A stretch of DNA of 64,000 nt from an uncultured Clostridia bacterium (GCA_944386385.1 CALXAV010000008.1:2903-66902), one strand, 5' to 3'; positions 32,589 through 43,510 are shown, counted from the stretch's first letter. The notes: generated by a model from the sequence alone, not told the origin. Numbers and translations: made by a program.

Positions 32589-33140
32589 TTAATTCTTTTT
32601 TAAATTATATTCTTTTAATACGCTTCCATCTACGTCTTTTAAAGTTAATTTATTATTATCCAATATTAAATAACTGTGTTTACTATTTTCTTTTGGTAAA
32701 GAAATTGAACCTGGATTTGCAAAAACAATTCCATCTTTTTCTTTAATAAATCCTACATGGAAATGTCCATACATCATGATATCTATTTTTACTCCTAATG
32801 GTGGTAAATTATCTATATTATACTTATGTCCATGAGATAAAAATAAGTTATATCCATTTACATTCATTTCTATATATTCTTTAAAAGGAAATTCTGAAAT
32901 CATTTCGTCTACTTCTGCATCACAATTACCTTTTACTACTAACAATTTGTCTTTTAAAGAATTTAGTATTTTAGAAACTTCCATTGGATTATATTCTTGT
33001 GTTAAATCATTTCTAGGTCCATGGTAATATAAGTCACCTAATAATACTATCTTATCTGGATTTTCTCTTTCTACTATTTCTAATATTTTTTTAGCATAAT
33101 ACCAAGAGCCATGAATATCAGATACTATTAATAATTTCAT
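32589..33140 (-). CDS. YfcE-like metallophosphoesterase
   Basis: SDIHG, GDLYYHGPRN, GNCD, GHFH, NPGS. Confidence 0.9.
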   Translation of the reverse strand: MKLLIVSDIHGSWYYAKKILEIVERENPDKIVLLGDLYYHGPRNDLTQEYNPMEVSKILNSLKDKLLVVKGNCDAEVDEMISEFPFKEYIEMNVNGYNLFLSHGHKYNIDNLPPLGVKIDIMMYGHFHVGFIKEKDGIVFANPGSISLPKENSKHSYLILDNNKLTLKDVDGSVLKEYNLKKN

Positions 33141-33141
33141 G

Positions 33142-34203
33142 TTAATCTTCGTCTCCTTTTAATTTCTCTGCTCTGTCTGCAGCAATTAAGTTATCTATCA
33201 TTTCATCTAAATCGCCATTTAAGAAGTTTTCCATTTGATAAATACTCATACCTATTCTATGGTCTGTAATTCTTCCTTGAGGATAGTTATATGTTCTTAT
33301 CTTTTCACTTCTATCTCCTGAACCCACTTGTGATTTTCTTGCATTTGCTATAGTACTGTCTTGTTTTGCTTTTTCTATTTCATAAAGTTTTGTTCTAAGC
33401 ATTTTCATAGCATTATCTCTATTTTGGAATTGAGATCTTTCTGTTTGGCATTCTACTGTAATTCCTGTAGGAATATGTATTAATCTTACTGCTGAAGATG
33501 TTTTATTAATATGTTGTCCACCAGCTCCTGAAGACCTAAATACTTCCATTTTAATATCTGCTTGGTTTATTTCTATTTCAACATCTTCTACAACTGGTAA
33601 TACTGCAACTGTTACTGTAGATGTATGTATTCTCCCACTACTTTCTGTATCTGGTACTCTCTGTACTCTGTGTACTCCACTTTCAAATTTCAATCTACTA
33701 TATACACCTTTTCCTGTAACCATGAATGAGATTTCTTTATAACCTCCAAGACCTGTTTCATTTTCATTTAAAACTTCTACTTTCCAATGTTTTTTCTCTG
33801 CATACATTGAATACATTCTAAATAATGTTCCTGCAAATAAAGCTGCTTCTTCTCCACCAGCTCCTGCTCTAATTTCACATATAATATTTTTATCATCATC
33901 AGGGTCTTTTGGAATTAATAAGAATTTTAATTCTTCTTCTAATTTTGGTAATTGTTCTTTTTTATCATAATATTCAGCTTCTGCAAGTTCTTTCATTTCT
34001 GGGTCTTGCAATAATTCTTCTGCCTCTTCCATTTCTTTTTTTACTTTTTTATATTCACGAAATTTTTGTACTAGTTCCTCCAAACTAGCATGCTCTTTCA
34101 TCGCTTTTTGCCATTCTGTTTGGTTTGAAATTAATTCTGGATCAGCTATCTCTTTTGTCAATTCTTCATACCTTTTTTCAATTGCCTCTAATTTCTCAAA
34201 CAT
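33142..34203 (-). CDS. prfA: Peptide chain release factor 1
   Basis: GGQ motif, PxT (VPDT), RTYNYPQGR; likely start 34203. Confidence 0.95.
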   Translation of the reverse strand: MFEKLEAIEKRYEELTKEIADPELISNQTEWQKAMKEHASLEELVQKFREYKKVKKEMEEAEELLQDPEMKELAEAEYYDKKEQLPKLEEELKFLLIPKDPDDDKNIICEIRAGAGGEEAALFAGTLFRMYSMYAEKKHWKVEVLNENETGLGGYKEISFMVTGKGVYSRLKFESGVHRVQRVPDTESSGRIHTSTVTVAVLPVVEDVEIEINQADIKMEVFRSSGAGGQHINKTSSAVRLIHIPTGITVECQTERSQFQNRDNAMKMLRTKLYEIEKAKQDSTIANARKSQVGSGDRSEKIRTYNYPQGRITDHRIGMSIYQMENFLNGDLDEMIDNLIAADRAEKLKGDED

Positions 34204-34341
34204 ATAAATTTCTCCTTTATTATTTTTTAACAAGAATTATTATACTACACTTTAAGCTTTTTTACAAGATATAATTAGCCAAGCTTTACTAAAGCATAAA
34301 AAAATTACACTCAAAATAACCTTGAATGTAACTTTTTTATT

Positions 34342-36306
34342 TTACAAATTATAAAAACTAAACTCAATACCATCTTTTTCTAATATCTCTTTTTCTCTAT
34401 TTGTGCAGGTTAATAATATTACTTGATGTTCTTTAAATTTATCATTCATATATTCTAATATATTTTCTAATCTTTCTTCATCAAAATATGCAAAAGCTTC
34501 ATCTAATATTATTGGCATACTTTCTTCTGATAAATCTTCTATCATTGATAATCTTAATGATAAATATAATTGGTCAATTGTACCTACACTTAATTTAGAT
34601 GCTGAAACATATTCACCATTTGGAAATTCTACTATTAAACCAACTTCATCATTAAACCTTACATTAGTATATTTTCTATTTGTTATGTTAGAAATATTTT
34701 TTGATAACTCTTCTGTAAACTTAGGGGTAACTGTATTTTTCATTTCTTCATATGCATTTGTTAAAACTTCTTTTGCTATATTAAAACTTTCATTATTTTT
34801 TCTCAAAGTTAACATTTTTTCGTTATTGTTAACTAATTCTTCTTCTATTTTTGATAAATTATCTAATTTTGGTTCTATATTTTTTTGGTCTAATTCCAAT
34901 TTATGAAGTTCTATATTTTTATTATTTATTCTATTTTGCATATTTTCTACTTCATAATTTATATTTTCTAAATTAATTAAATTATTTAATTTATCATTTT
35001 CTATTTTTCCTAAATATTTATTTTTTATTTTTTCTTTTTCTAAATTAATTTTTAAATTAAAATTATTTTTTAAATTATTTAATTTATTTTCAGTTTCTAA
35101 GTTATTATCTTCTAATAATTTTATTTCTTGTTCTAAATTATTTATTTCTGAATTTACATTATTAAATAATTCTTGTTTTTTATTTTCTTCTAATTCTTTT
35201 TGTTTTATTTTTTTATTTAATTTATTTTCTAGATAAATAGAGACGCCTATAGTTATTGGTAATGTAAGTAGAAAAATATAATTAAATATATTATTTTTAA
35301 TAAATATAAATTGTAAAACGTTTATTAATATTATTAAAATAAATATTAAAATTATTTTTTTATTTAATTTGTTTTTTTCTCTATTTATTTTTTTATTATT
35401 TTTTGATTTATCAAAATTATTTTCTAAAATATTTTTATTATTATTTTTTATTTCTTCTATTTTATTTTTTACATTATTTATTTTCTCATTATTTTCATTT
35501 TTTATATTTTCTTGAATTTTTATTTTCTCTTTTTCTATTTTCTCTTTTTCATTTAATAATTTAATTTCTTTTAATAAATTATTTTCATTTTCTAATTTTG
35601 ATATTTCTTCTTTTAAACTATTTTTATTTTCTTCTATCTCATACTTAAAGTTTTCATATTTAGATAATTCATTTTTTTGAGTTTCTAATTCCTCTATTTT
35701 TCTAGCAGTTACATTTATTGGCTTTTCCCTAGAATTTGATGTTCCTACTTCATTTAATTGTCTTCTATTTATTCTGTCTATTGCTCTTTTAAATGAAACA
35801 TTATCTTCTCCAGTCCCAACCAAATTTGCTATTTTTTGTACTAGCATACTTTGTTGCTTACTTTCTAGTTCTACTTCCTTTTGTCCTACTACCATTGTAG
35901 ATAAAAATAAATCTTCATCTACTTTTGTTTGCTCGTAGAAAAATTGATTTCCATTTGTTTTGTCTATATTAAATTCTTTTGATATATCTTCTTTTTGCTC
36001 ATTATAGATATTTGGATTTTTCTTTTTAAAATCTCTATGTACTTCATATTTGGTTTTATCATTTAATTCATATTCTATATTTCCTGAAAATTCTTCACTA
36101 CCCCATGGCTTGTATCTATCATAATCTGAATATTCTTTTCCTTTTTTATTTTTAGATATTCCATAAAAACTATTTATTATAAATCTTAAAAGTGTAGATT
36201 TTCCCGCCTCATTTTTACCGTAAATTACATTTATACCATCTTTTAAATCTATTTCTTTATCTTTTAATTTTCCATAAGAATTTATTTTTATTTTATTAAT
36301 TTTCAA
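34342..36306 (-). CDS. YhaN/SbcC-like SMC-type ATPase with internal hydrophobic segment
   Basis: GKNEAGKST, LSVGT, ILDEAF; long coiled coil. Confidence 0.82.
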   Translation of the reverse strand: MKINKIKINSYGKLKDKEIDLKDGINVIYGKNEAGKSTLLRFIINSFYGISKNKKGKEYSDYDRYKPWGSEEFSGNIEYELNDKTKYEVHRDFKKKNPNIYNEQKEDISKEFNIDKTNGNQFFYEQTKVDEDLFLSTMVVGQKEVELESKQQSMLVQKIANLVGTGEDNVSFKRAIDRINRRQLNEVGTSNSREKPINVTARKIEELETQKNELSKYENFKYEIEENKNSLKEEISKLENENNLLKEIKLLNEKEKIEKEKIKIQENIKNENNEKINNVKNKIEEIKNNNKNILENNFDKSKNNKKINREKNKLNKKIILIFILIILINVLQFIFIKNNIFNYIFLLTLPITIGVSIYLENKLNKKIKQKELEENKKQELFNNVNSEINNLEQEIKLLEDNNLETENKLNNLKNNFNLKINLEKEKIKNKYLGKIENDKLNNLINLENINYEVENMQNRINNKNIELHKLELDQKNIEPKLDNLSKIEEELVNNNEKMLTLRKNNESFNIAKEVLTNAYEEMKNTVTPKFTEELSKNISNITNRKYTNVRFNDEVGLIVEFPNGEYVSASKLSVGTIDQLYLSLRLSMIEDLSEESMPIILDEAFAYFDEERLENILEYMNDKFKEHQVILLTCTNREKEILEKDGIEFSFYNL

Positions 36307-36316
36307 AATATCACCT

Positions 36317-37387
36317 CTATTCTAATACATCTAAGCCTATTTCTATTGCTTTTTCTAATATGTCCCTTTTTTCTAAATCTTCTTCATTTTTTAATTTTTC
36401 TAACATTTCTTTAACAAATAATCCTCTTAATGTACTCTCATTTGCTACTTTTTCCAAATTCCTTGCAATCTTTGTTTCATCTTTTATTTTTATAATTCTA
36501 TCATTTTGAATATATTTTAAAATATCATATTTATCTATTTCAAAATTTCTTCCACCTACAAGTATTATTTCCACATATTCATTTGGATTAATATTTAGTG
36601 CATTTATAGTTTCAATTAATTCTTCTTTTGAAAACAAGTTTTCCACATTTATTTCACTAATTGTAAATTCTTCATCATCTAATGGTACAAATTTTAATTT
36701 TAAATCTCCATCAAGATTTCCTACTATCATTCCATGTTTTCCAAGTTCATCAAAGCCTAAAGAGACCGTAGAACCTGGATATACTATTTTTTTATTTCCG
36801 TAATCTGGTTTATGAATATGGCCTAATGCTACATAATCAAAACCTTTTTCTAATAATAACTTTTTAGAAATAGGATTATATGGTTTTTCATCTTTTTTTG
36901 TTCCATCTAAATTTCCGTGTATTACTAAAATATTTGGTTTCCCATTTTGTTCTACCGAAATATCTTCAATTCCACAATTATTACAATAAAAATCATCAAA
37001 ACTATAACCATAAATATTTGCGTCTTCAGTTTCTATTTTTTCTATTGTAGAGCCAAATATTTTTACATTTTCATTCCAATTAAATTTATTATAATATGAA
37101 TTCTTTACCTTTGGGTCATGATTTCCAGCTGCTATGAATATTTTAGTTTCAGGTATTTCTTTAAATAAATTATTTATATATTCAATAGTAGACTGTTTTA
37201 TATATTTATGCTCATATAAATCGCCTGATATAAATAAATACTCTATACCATTTTGTTTTATATATTCTATTATTTTCTTAAACACCTTTCTTTGCTCTAG
37301 TCTTCTTAAATCTCCCATTATATCTTTATCTGATAGATTAGAAAAAGCACTGTCTAAGTGCATATCTGCTATATGTACAAATTTCAT
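36317..37387 (-). CDS. YhaO/SbcD/Mre11-like DNA repair exonuclease
   Basis: ADMHLD, GDLY, GNHD, LGHIH. Confidence 0.88.
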   Translation of the reverse strand: MKFVHIADMHLDSAFSNLSDKDIMGDLRRLEQRKVFKKIIEYIKQNGIEYLFISGDLYEHKYIKQSTIEYINNLFKEIPETKIFIAAGNHDPKVKNSYYNKFNWNENVKIFGSTIEKIETEDANIYGYSFDDFYCNNCGIEDISVEQNGKPNILVIHGNLDGTKKDEKPYNPISKKLLLEKGFDYVALGHIHKPDYGNKKIVYPGSTVSLGFDELGKHGMIVGNLDGDLKLKFVPLDDEEFTISEINVENLFSKEELIETINALNINPNEYVEIILVGGRNFEIDKYDILKYIQNDRIIKIKDETKIARNLEKVANESTLRGLFVKEMLEKLKNEEDLEKRDILEKAIEIGLDVLE

Positions 37388-37542
37388 TTTTTCACCTCAT
37401 TTTTTCTTGGCTTTCTTATATCTTATATCATATCGAACATATTTTTGCAAGTATTTTGTAAAATATTTCTTTGAAATAAAAAATAGTAATAAAGTTTTAA
37501 ACTCTATTACTACCTATTTCTATTAATTTAACTCTATGTTTT

Positions 37543-38944
37543 CTAAAAATCATAACCTGTTATTTCTTTTACTGATGGAATATCATTAATATTATCTATT
37601 CCTATTAACTCGTCTTCTTCATATGTTCCATACCCTATTCCTCTATCTATATATTGATTAAAATAATAACACTCTTTAACTATAGTGGTATTATTACTTG
37701 CTGTGTATCCAGATATTGCTCCAGAAAATGTCATAGTTCCCCCATTCATTCCTTGAGCTTTTACATAACTGACATTACAACATTTATTAATATTTCCATA
37801 ACCACCATTTTCTCCTGCTATACCTCCTACATGTGTATAGTATCCATTTTCTCCATGCACGTCTCCTTCATTATAACATTTTTCAACATTTAAAATACCT
37901 TCATCATCTATATAATTAATCCCCACTATTCCACCTATAAACACTTGTTGCCTATTTGTTGGAGATGGTAAATTACTTCCACTACCTTTTCCTGAAACTT
38001 CTCCCTTATTATAGCAACTTATAACACTACAATTATTATATCCTGCAATTCCTCCTATATTTGTTACCCAACCACTTTTACCTTCTCCAACCACGTTACC
38101 TTCATTCTTGCAAAAGTTGATATTTTTACGGTTTATACTAGCAATTCCTCCTGCAAAGATTTTTAATGCTGATTCTTGACACTTTCCACTAATATTAGCT
38201 TTATTTATACAATATTCAATCGTCCCATAATTTTCTCCTGTTATTCCTCCTACTTTTCCGGTCTTGATTAGATACCACAAGTGATATACTACCCGAAACA
38301 GTTAATTTTTTTACTATTCCATAATTAGTAGAAAACATTCCTAAAGATATAGCATTTAAATTATCTTCAATGTTTTTATTAATATACATATTATAAATTG
38401 CTTTATTATTTCCATCAAAAATCCCTTTAAAGCTATAATTTTCAAGGTTTTCAACATTTTCTATTTTTCCAATGCTTTTAAACCCCTCTCCACTTATTAA
38501 TGCTTCTTTTAACTTTCCTTGATACTCATAATAATTTTTTCTATTAGGGTCTACATACGATTTATCTGAATTAAAATCTAAACTTTGTCCTAATTTTACA
38601 TATTGACCTTCATAAGTATTTCCATTTGTAACATTATAAGCAAATACAACCAAATCTTCTATACTATTAATTACAAATGGTTTATTCTCAGTTCCTTCTC
38701 CTTCCAATTCTCCTGGATTTTCATCGTTTACTTGAGCTACTCCTTGTAAGCTTTCTTCAATAGTTATTAAATCTGCTTGTTCATTTTTTCCTGCTTGCTC
38801 TGTTTCTTCTTTTGCTCTCTGTGCTTGAGTTAATATTCCATTATTTCCTGTTAGCATAGCAATTGAAACACCTGCAAGTATTAATAAAACTATGATAGTG
38901 ATAACAAGTGCTATAAGTGTAATTCCTTTTTCACTTTTTTTCAT
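37543..38944 (-). CDS. Type IV pilin-like protein with GLUG repeats, about 466 aa, requiring a +1 shift at CGG 38260-38258
   Basis: MKKSEKGITLIALVITIIVLLILAGVSI; ...VSNQD, skip C, GKVGGITGENYGTIEYC joins ORFs 38216..38977 and 37543..38280. Confidence 0.8.
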
Positions 38945-39099
38945 ATCTTTCTTTCCTTCTCTCTTGTATAAATTCATAATATTAATTTCAAAACTATTTT
39001 ATCTGAATTTTTATTGACTGTCAAGTACTACTTTATAGTATATTATTTTTTTAAAACTGTCTATATTATGATTATTTTATAAAAAAGAGGTGTATATAT

Positions 39100-39363
39100 A
39101 TGAAAAAAGATAATATTAAACCTATTGTTTATGAAATACAATACGGGAAAATAATTGTAAAATTAGACGAAATTATGAAAAAATTAGATGTATCTAATTA
39201 TGAATTAAATAGTAAAGCAAATATAAAATTTCAAACAATTCAAAATTTAAGAATTAATAAATCTTCAAGAATTGATTTTGAAGTACTTGCTAAACTTTGT
39301 TATTCACTTGATTGTAAAGTAGGAGATATACTAGAATATGTGCCAAATAATGATGCCGAATAA
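39100..39363 (+). CDS. Cro/C1-type (HTH_26) transcriptional regulator
   Basis: IDFEVLAKLCYSLDCKVGDILEY; divergent from pilin gene. Confidence 0.85.
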   Translation: MKKDNIKPIVYEIQYGKIIVKLDEIMKKLDVSNYELNSKANIKFQTIQNLRINKSSRIDFEVLAKLCYSLDCKVGDILEYVPNNDAE

Positions 39364-39440
39364 TCTATACAATCCTTTGATTTTTATATTATAAAGTTCT
39401 TTAAATTTCTTTGCACTTTGTAAATTTAAAAGAAAAATAC

Positions 39441-39528
39441 AGCAAGTTTTTAAATTAAGCAACTTAGCGTAGGGAAATTAAGGGTAACTAAGTTGCAGGT
39501 AAGCGAAGCTTAAATTTAAAAACTTGCT
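39441..39528. repeat. Nested inverted repeat (structured element)
   Basis: 16-bp perfect arms AGCAAGTTTTTAAATT/AATTTAAAAACTTGCT plus inner GCAACTTAG/CTAAGTTGC. Confidence 0.7.
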
Positions 39529-39590
39529 CTAAATCCCTGTTATAGAAAAAAGTTAGAAAATAATTAATATTTCCTAACTTTTATTTTTGC

Positions 39591-39617
39591 TGTTTTTTGA
39601 CCCCGTCCCAAAAAACA
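39591..39617 (+). repeat. 27-bp REP-like palindrome, copy 1
   Basis: TGTTTTTTGACCCCGTCCCAAAAAACA. Confidence 0.75.
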
Positions 39618-39620
39618 TTA

Positions 39621-41649
39621 TCACTCATCTATTGGTCCAAATAATTCATCGAATTTAGCTTCTAATTCTTTTTGTAAATCATATGAATCTTCTTCCTCTG
39701 ACTCTTGAGGTAATATTGGTGCATCATTAAATTCTTCTAAGTTTAGTGTTCCTACCTCTTGTTTTTTAGGTTCTTCTTCTATTTCTTCGACTTTTTGTCC
39801 TACTTTTGGTTGTTCTTGTTTTTGTTCAGGCTCATCTTCAAATAAATCATCTAAAGACTCTATTTTTAAATCTTGTTTTTTATTTTTATCTTCATCATTT
39901 TCTTCTACATAAGGATTATAGGGATTATATTTTCTCCATGTTCCTCTATCTATTTCACCAATGTCATTATGGCTAATTTCTGTTCTTGCTAACTCTTTAG
40001 CCATTGAATGTTTAAAGTAATAATATTTTTGCGCTTTTACTGGTTTAATACCTTTTTCATATATAATACACAAATCATTATCCAATCTACGAAGTTCATC
40101 TGGAGTCATTAATGCTCTTGCCATAACTTGGTCTGAAACTGATTTTCCTGTTCTCCAGTTTTGTCTATCTCTGTTTACTGATATACTATCTCTTTCTATT
40201 GTTTTTTCTCCTAATGCTTTAGAAAAATATTCAACTGTTTTATATGAGTTACTTCCTAAAAATACGTGAGTATCACAGTTACCCATAATTGTTTCATATG
40301 ATTTCTCATATATTGCCTCTAATTGGTCCAAGTTCTGTAATATTACACTAAACGATATTCTTCTACTTCTTGATGTTGATATCTTTTGGTCAAAGTCTGG
40401 AATTTGTCCAATATTTGCAAACTCATCTAGAATGAAGAATGTCGGTTCTTTTAATTTTCCTCCATTTTGATCTGCAAAATCATATAATTGGTCTATCATC
40501 TGTGAGAAGAATATTGTTAATATAAAGTTATATGCTGTGTGTGTATCAGGTGATATTACATATACAGCTGTTTTTTTAGAACCTATTTCCTCAAAATCTA
40601 TTGTATCTGTTGATGTTAGTTCTGCAATTTCTTTTGAATCAAATTTTCCTAATTTTGATTGCAAAGTACTTAATATTGAACTATATGTCTTTTCTGGTGC
40701 TATTTCAATAGATTTATAATTCATTCTAGCAGGGTGGTCATATGGAAGTTGTCCCATAAGTTCTGAAAGTAAGTTGTTTCCACCTTTATTATTTGCTGCC
40801 CTTACTAATTCAGCACAGCTTGCTAAGTTTTGTTCTTCTTCTGGTCTTGTTGCAATTAAATAATATATTAATGCTTTTAATAACATGGTTGCTGAATCAT
40901 CCCAGAATGGATCAGCACTTCCTCCTTCTGATTTTTGTCCCTTTACTATTGTTTCTGCAATTATATCAACATCTCTTTCAGATGATATATGCATAAGTGG
41001 ATTATATCCATCACTATATTGTGGTCTTACTAAGTTTAATACTTTAATATCATAACCTTGTGACTTCAAATATCCTGCTGTTTTATCATATAATTCTCCC
41101 TTAGGGTCTGTAAATACATATGATCCTAAACATTGATATGCGTTTGGTATTGAATAAGATGCTGATTTACCAGAACCAGAACCGACCAACTACCAAAACA
41201 TTTATATTTCCTCTTTTATCAAGTGGTAAATAATTGTCCTCTGCTAATATTATTCCTTTATTTTTACTTAAAACTTGATATTGTTCTCCTCTTTGGCTCC
41301 AATCACTAGAACCATGTTCTATATCTGAGAACTCATTTTTTGGTGCTGATTTTACAAATCCAATAAAGAAAAATACTGAATAAAAAATAGTTACAACTAA
41401 TAACGTTGATATAAAATCTCCTACTGCTCCACTTGATAATAAATTTCCTAAAGTTCCAAATGGATTAGTAATTGATTGTCCAAATGTAGTTATAAACACT
41501 TGTAAATCAAATTCACCATCTAGTCCTGCAACATGTGCACTATAACTAAATGGCGAAACAAATACTACGGCAATAACAACCCATAATATTGCATATATTA
41601 TGAAGTTTTTTCTATTTCTTCTAATTGCTCCCTCTATCTTATAATTCAT
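39621..41649 (-). CDS. VirD4/TraG-like type IV coupling protein, about 675 aa, requiring a +1 shift at CGG 41184-41182 inside Walker A
   Basis: HGSSDW, NINVLVVG + GSGSGKS, TDPKGE, LDEFANIG, LMTPDEL; joins ORFs 41167..41649 and 39621..41189. Confidence 0.88.
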
Positions 41650-41672
41650 TTTCTTACACCTACTCTTTTGTT

Positions 41673-41936
41673 TTATCTAGATTCTCCGCTTCTTGTTTGT
41701 GGCTTTCCTCCATCTACTACCGGTATACTCACTCCCTCTTTTAGTTGATTGCTGTATATTACCATGTCTCTTTGTGTTGGTTTTGCCTTAGTTTCAGAGT
41801 TTTTTCTTGTTGCTTTCTCTCCTTCACCTTTAAATATTTGGTTCATTTCACAACCAACAATTTCAAGATTAGTATCATTTATTCCTGCTGGAGCCTCTCT
41901 ATACTTTTTACTTTCTGTCATTGTTTTATCTGACAT
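41673..41936 (-). CDS. Hypothetical protein
   Basis: ORF with RBS GGGAGG, in operon with virD4-like gene. Confidence 0.55.
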   Translation of the reverse strand: MSDKTMTESKKYREAPAGINDTNLEIVGCEMNQIFKGEGEKATRKNSETKAKPTQRDMVIYSNQLKEGVSIPVVDGGKPQTRSGESR

Positions 41937-41948
41937 CTCTTTTCCTCC

Positions 41949-42464
41949 CTATTTTTCTCTTATTTCGAATGCGAAATAAGATTTATATGGTTTTAATTTG
42001 CATTTTCCTTTTACTTCATTAGTTTTCTCATCAAAGTAAAGCATTGGCTTTATTTCTTCTGTTGTTTCTGGGTCTATAATTGATATTTGTCTTTTTAAGT
42101 TTGGTGTATATTGAAATTCTTTATACTCGATTGGTTCTTCTGAATAAATTGTATCAAATTTAAATGAAGTTGGAGTCTTAGTTATTTTTACTTCATCACC
42201 CAGTAAAATACCATTATTAATAATTACTTTATCTTGTCCAAAAGATAAAATAACTAATTGGTTTCCATTTTTTTGAGGATCTTCGACATAGAATGTTTTC
42301 TTATTATATTTACCTACTATCTCCTCAGTATGTTCAAGCCTTTCAACTGTGTATTTAGGATACTCGTCCCAATATTCTTTTTTAGTTTTATAAACTTCAT
42401 ATATTACTGTTTTTATACCTTCTGGATCTGTTATACTAAAATGCTTCCCTTGTATAGCGTCCAT
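41949..42464 (-). CDS. Hypothetical protein
   Basis: ORF with RBS GAGGTG. Confidence 0.65.
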   Translation of the reverse strand: MDAIQGKHFSITDPEGIKTVIYEVYKTKKEYWDEYPKYTVERLEHTEEIVGKYNKKTFYVEDPQKNGNQLVILSFGQDKVIINNGILLGDEVKITKTPTSFKFDTIYSEEPIEYKEFQYTPNLKRQISIIDPETTEEIKPMLYFDEKTNEVKGKCKLKPYKSYFAFEIREK

Positions 42465-42579
42465 TTTTTACACCTCACTCCTATGATTTAATCCATAGCT
42501 TATCATTTGTTAAACACTATATTAATTATAGCTAAAAATCAAGCTTTTGTCAATATATAATTTATGTAAAGTTATATTT

Positions 42580-43452
42580 TTAAGCTCTTGGATTAAATTT
42601 TGATATTTTACTTAATTCTTTATATATATTTTTTTCTTTATCTGTTAGATGTTTTGGGACTACTACTTTTACTTCTGCAACTAAATCCCCTCTTGTTTCT
42701 TTATCGGCATAATATCCTTTGTTTGGTATACGTATTTTTTCTCCACTTTGAATCCCTTCTGGAACATATATATTTGTCTCATCATCTAGTGTTTTAACTG
42801 TAGTTCTTGTTCCTAATGCTGCTTCCCAAGGAGTTAATAGCAAATCTGTATACAAATCATATCCATTTAATTTGAACTTTTGGTCGTCTTGGATATTTAT
42901 TTTTATCAATAAATCTCCATTTTTACCACCGTTTTCTCCACTTTTTCCTTGTCCTATTAATCTTATCTTTTCCCCATTACGAATTCCTTTTGGTATCTTC
43001 ACTGTATATGTTTTATTATTTCCATCTACTGTTTTTAGTGCAATTTGCTTATCTAATCCATAAAAAGCATCATAAATACTTACATTAATTTCTGTTTCTA
43101 TATTTTCTCCTTTTATTGGATTCTTTCTAGTCTTTTCTTCTTTTTCTGTGTTATCCATATTTCCTAGGAATATACTAAATATAGCACCTTTTTGTGATTT
43201 ATTTGTAAAGGCTTTTTCTCCTTTTCCAAACTTAGAATTCCAAATTCTATCGTATTTTCTTTTTGATGCTGGTACAGATAATACCTTATATGCTTCATTT
43301 ATATCTTTAATTTTTTCTTCTGCTAGACTATCTCCTACATTTAAATCTGGATGGTATTTTTTAGCAGCTTGTCTATATGCGACCTTTATTTCATCTATTG
43401 AAACATGGTTTGTTTCTAAATCTAATATTTTGTAATAATTCTTATAAACCAT
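42580..43452 (-). CDS. DnaJ-class co-chaperone without zinc finger (CbpA-like)
   Basis: J-domain HPD; C-terminal GDL..., LTPWEAALG. Confidence 0.88.
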   Translation of the reverse strand: MVYKNYYKILDLETNHVSIDEIKVAYRQAAKKYHPDLNVGDSLAEEKIKDINEAYKVLSVPASKRKYDRIWNSKFGKGEKAFTNKSQKGAIFSIFLGNMDNTEKEEKTRKNPIKGENIETEINVSIYDAFYGLDKQIALKTVDGNNKTYTVKIPKGIRNGEKIRLIGQGKSGENGGKNGDLLIKINIQDDQKFKLNGYDLYTDLLLTPWEAALGTRTTVKTLDDETNIYVPEGIQSGEKIRIPNKGYYADKETRGDLVAEVKVVVPKHLTDKEKNIYKELSKISKFNPRA

Positions 43453-43510
43453 TTTTTACATCCTCCCAATAATTTGGTATGCTTATTTTATCACATAATA
43501 GTATAAAAAT

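Noticed and set aside
34900..35620. Extremely AT-rich stretch suggesting foreign DNA
   Set aside because: It encodes the Asn/Lys/Ile-rich coiled coil of the YhaN-like ATPase in one continuous frame.
37543..41649. Ordinary pseudogenes or homopolymer sequencing errors as the cause of the split genes
   Set aside because: No other lesions, no homopolymer runs at the sites, and the same C-before-GGN pattern in three genes including mreD. Not fully excluded without raw reads.
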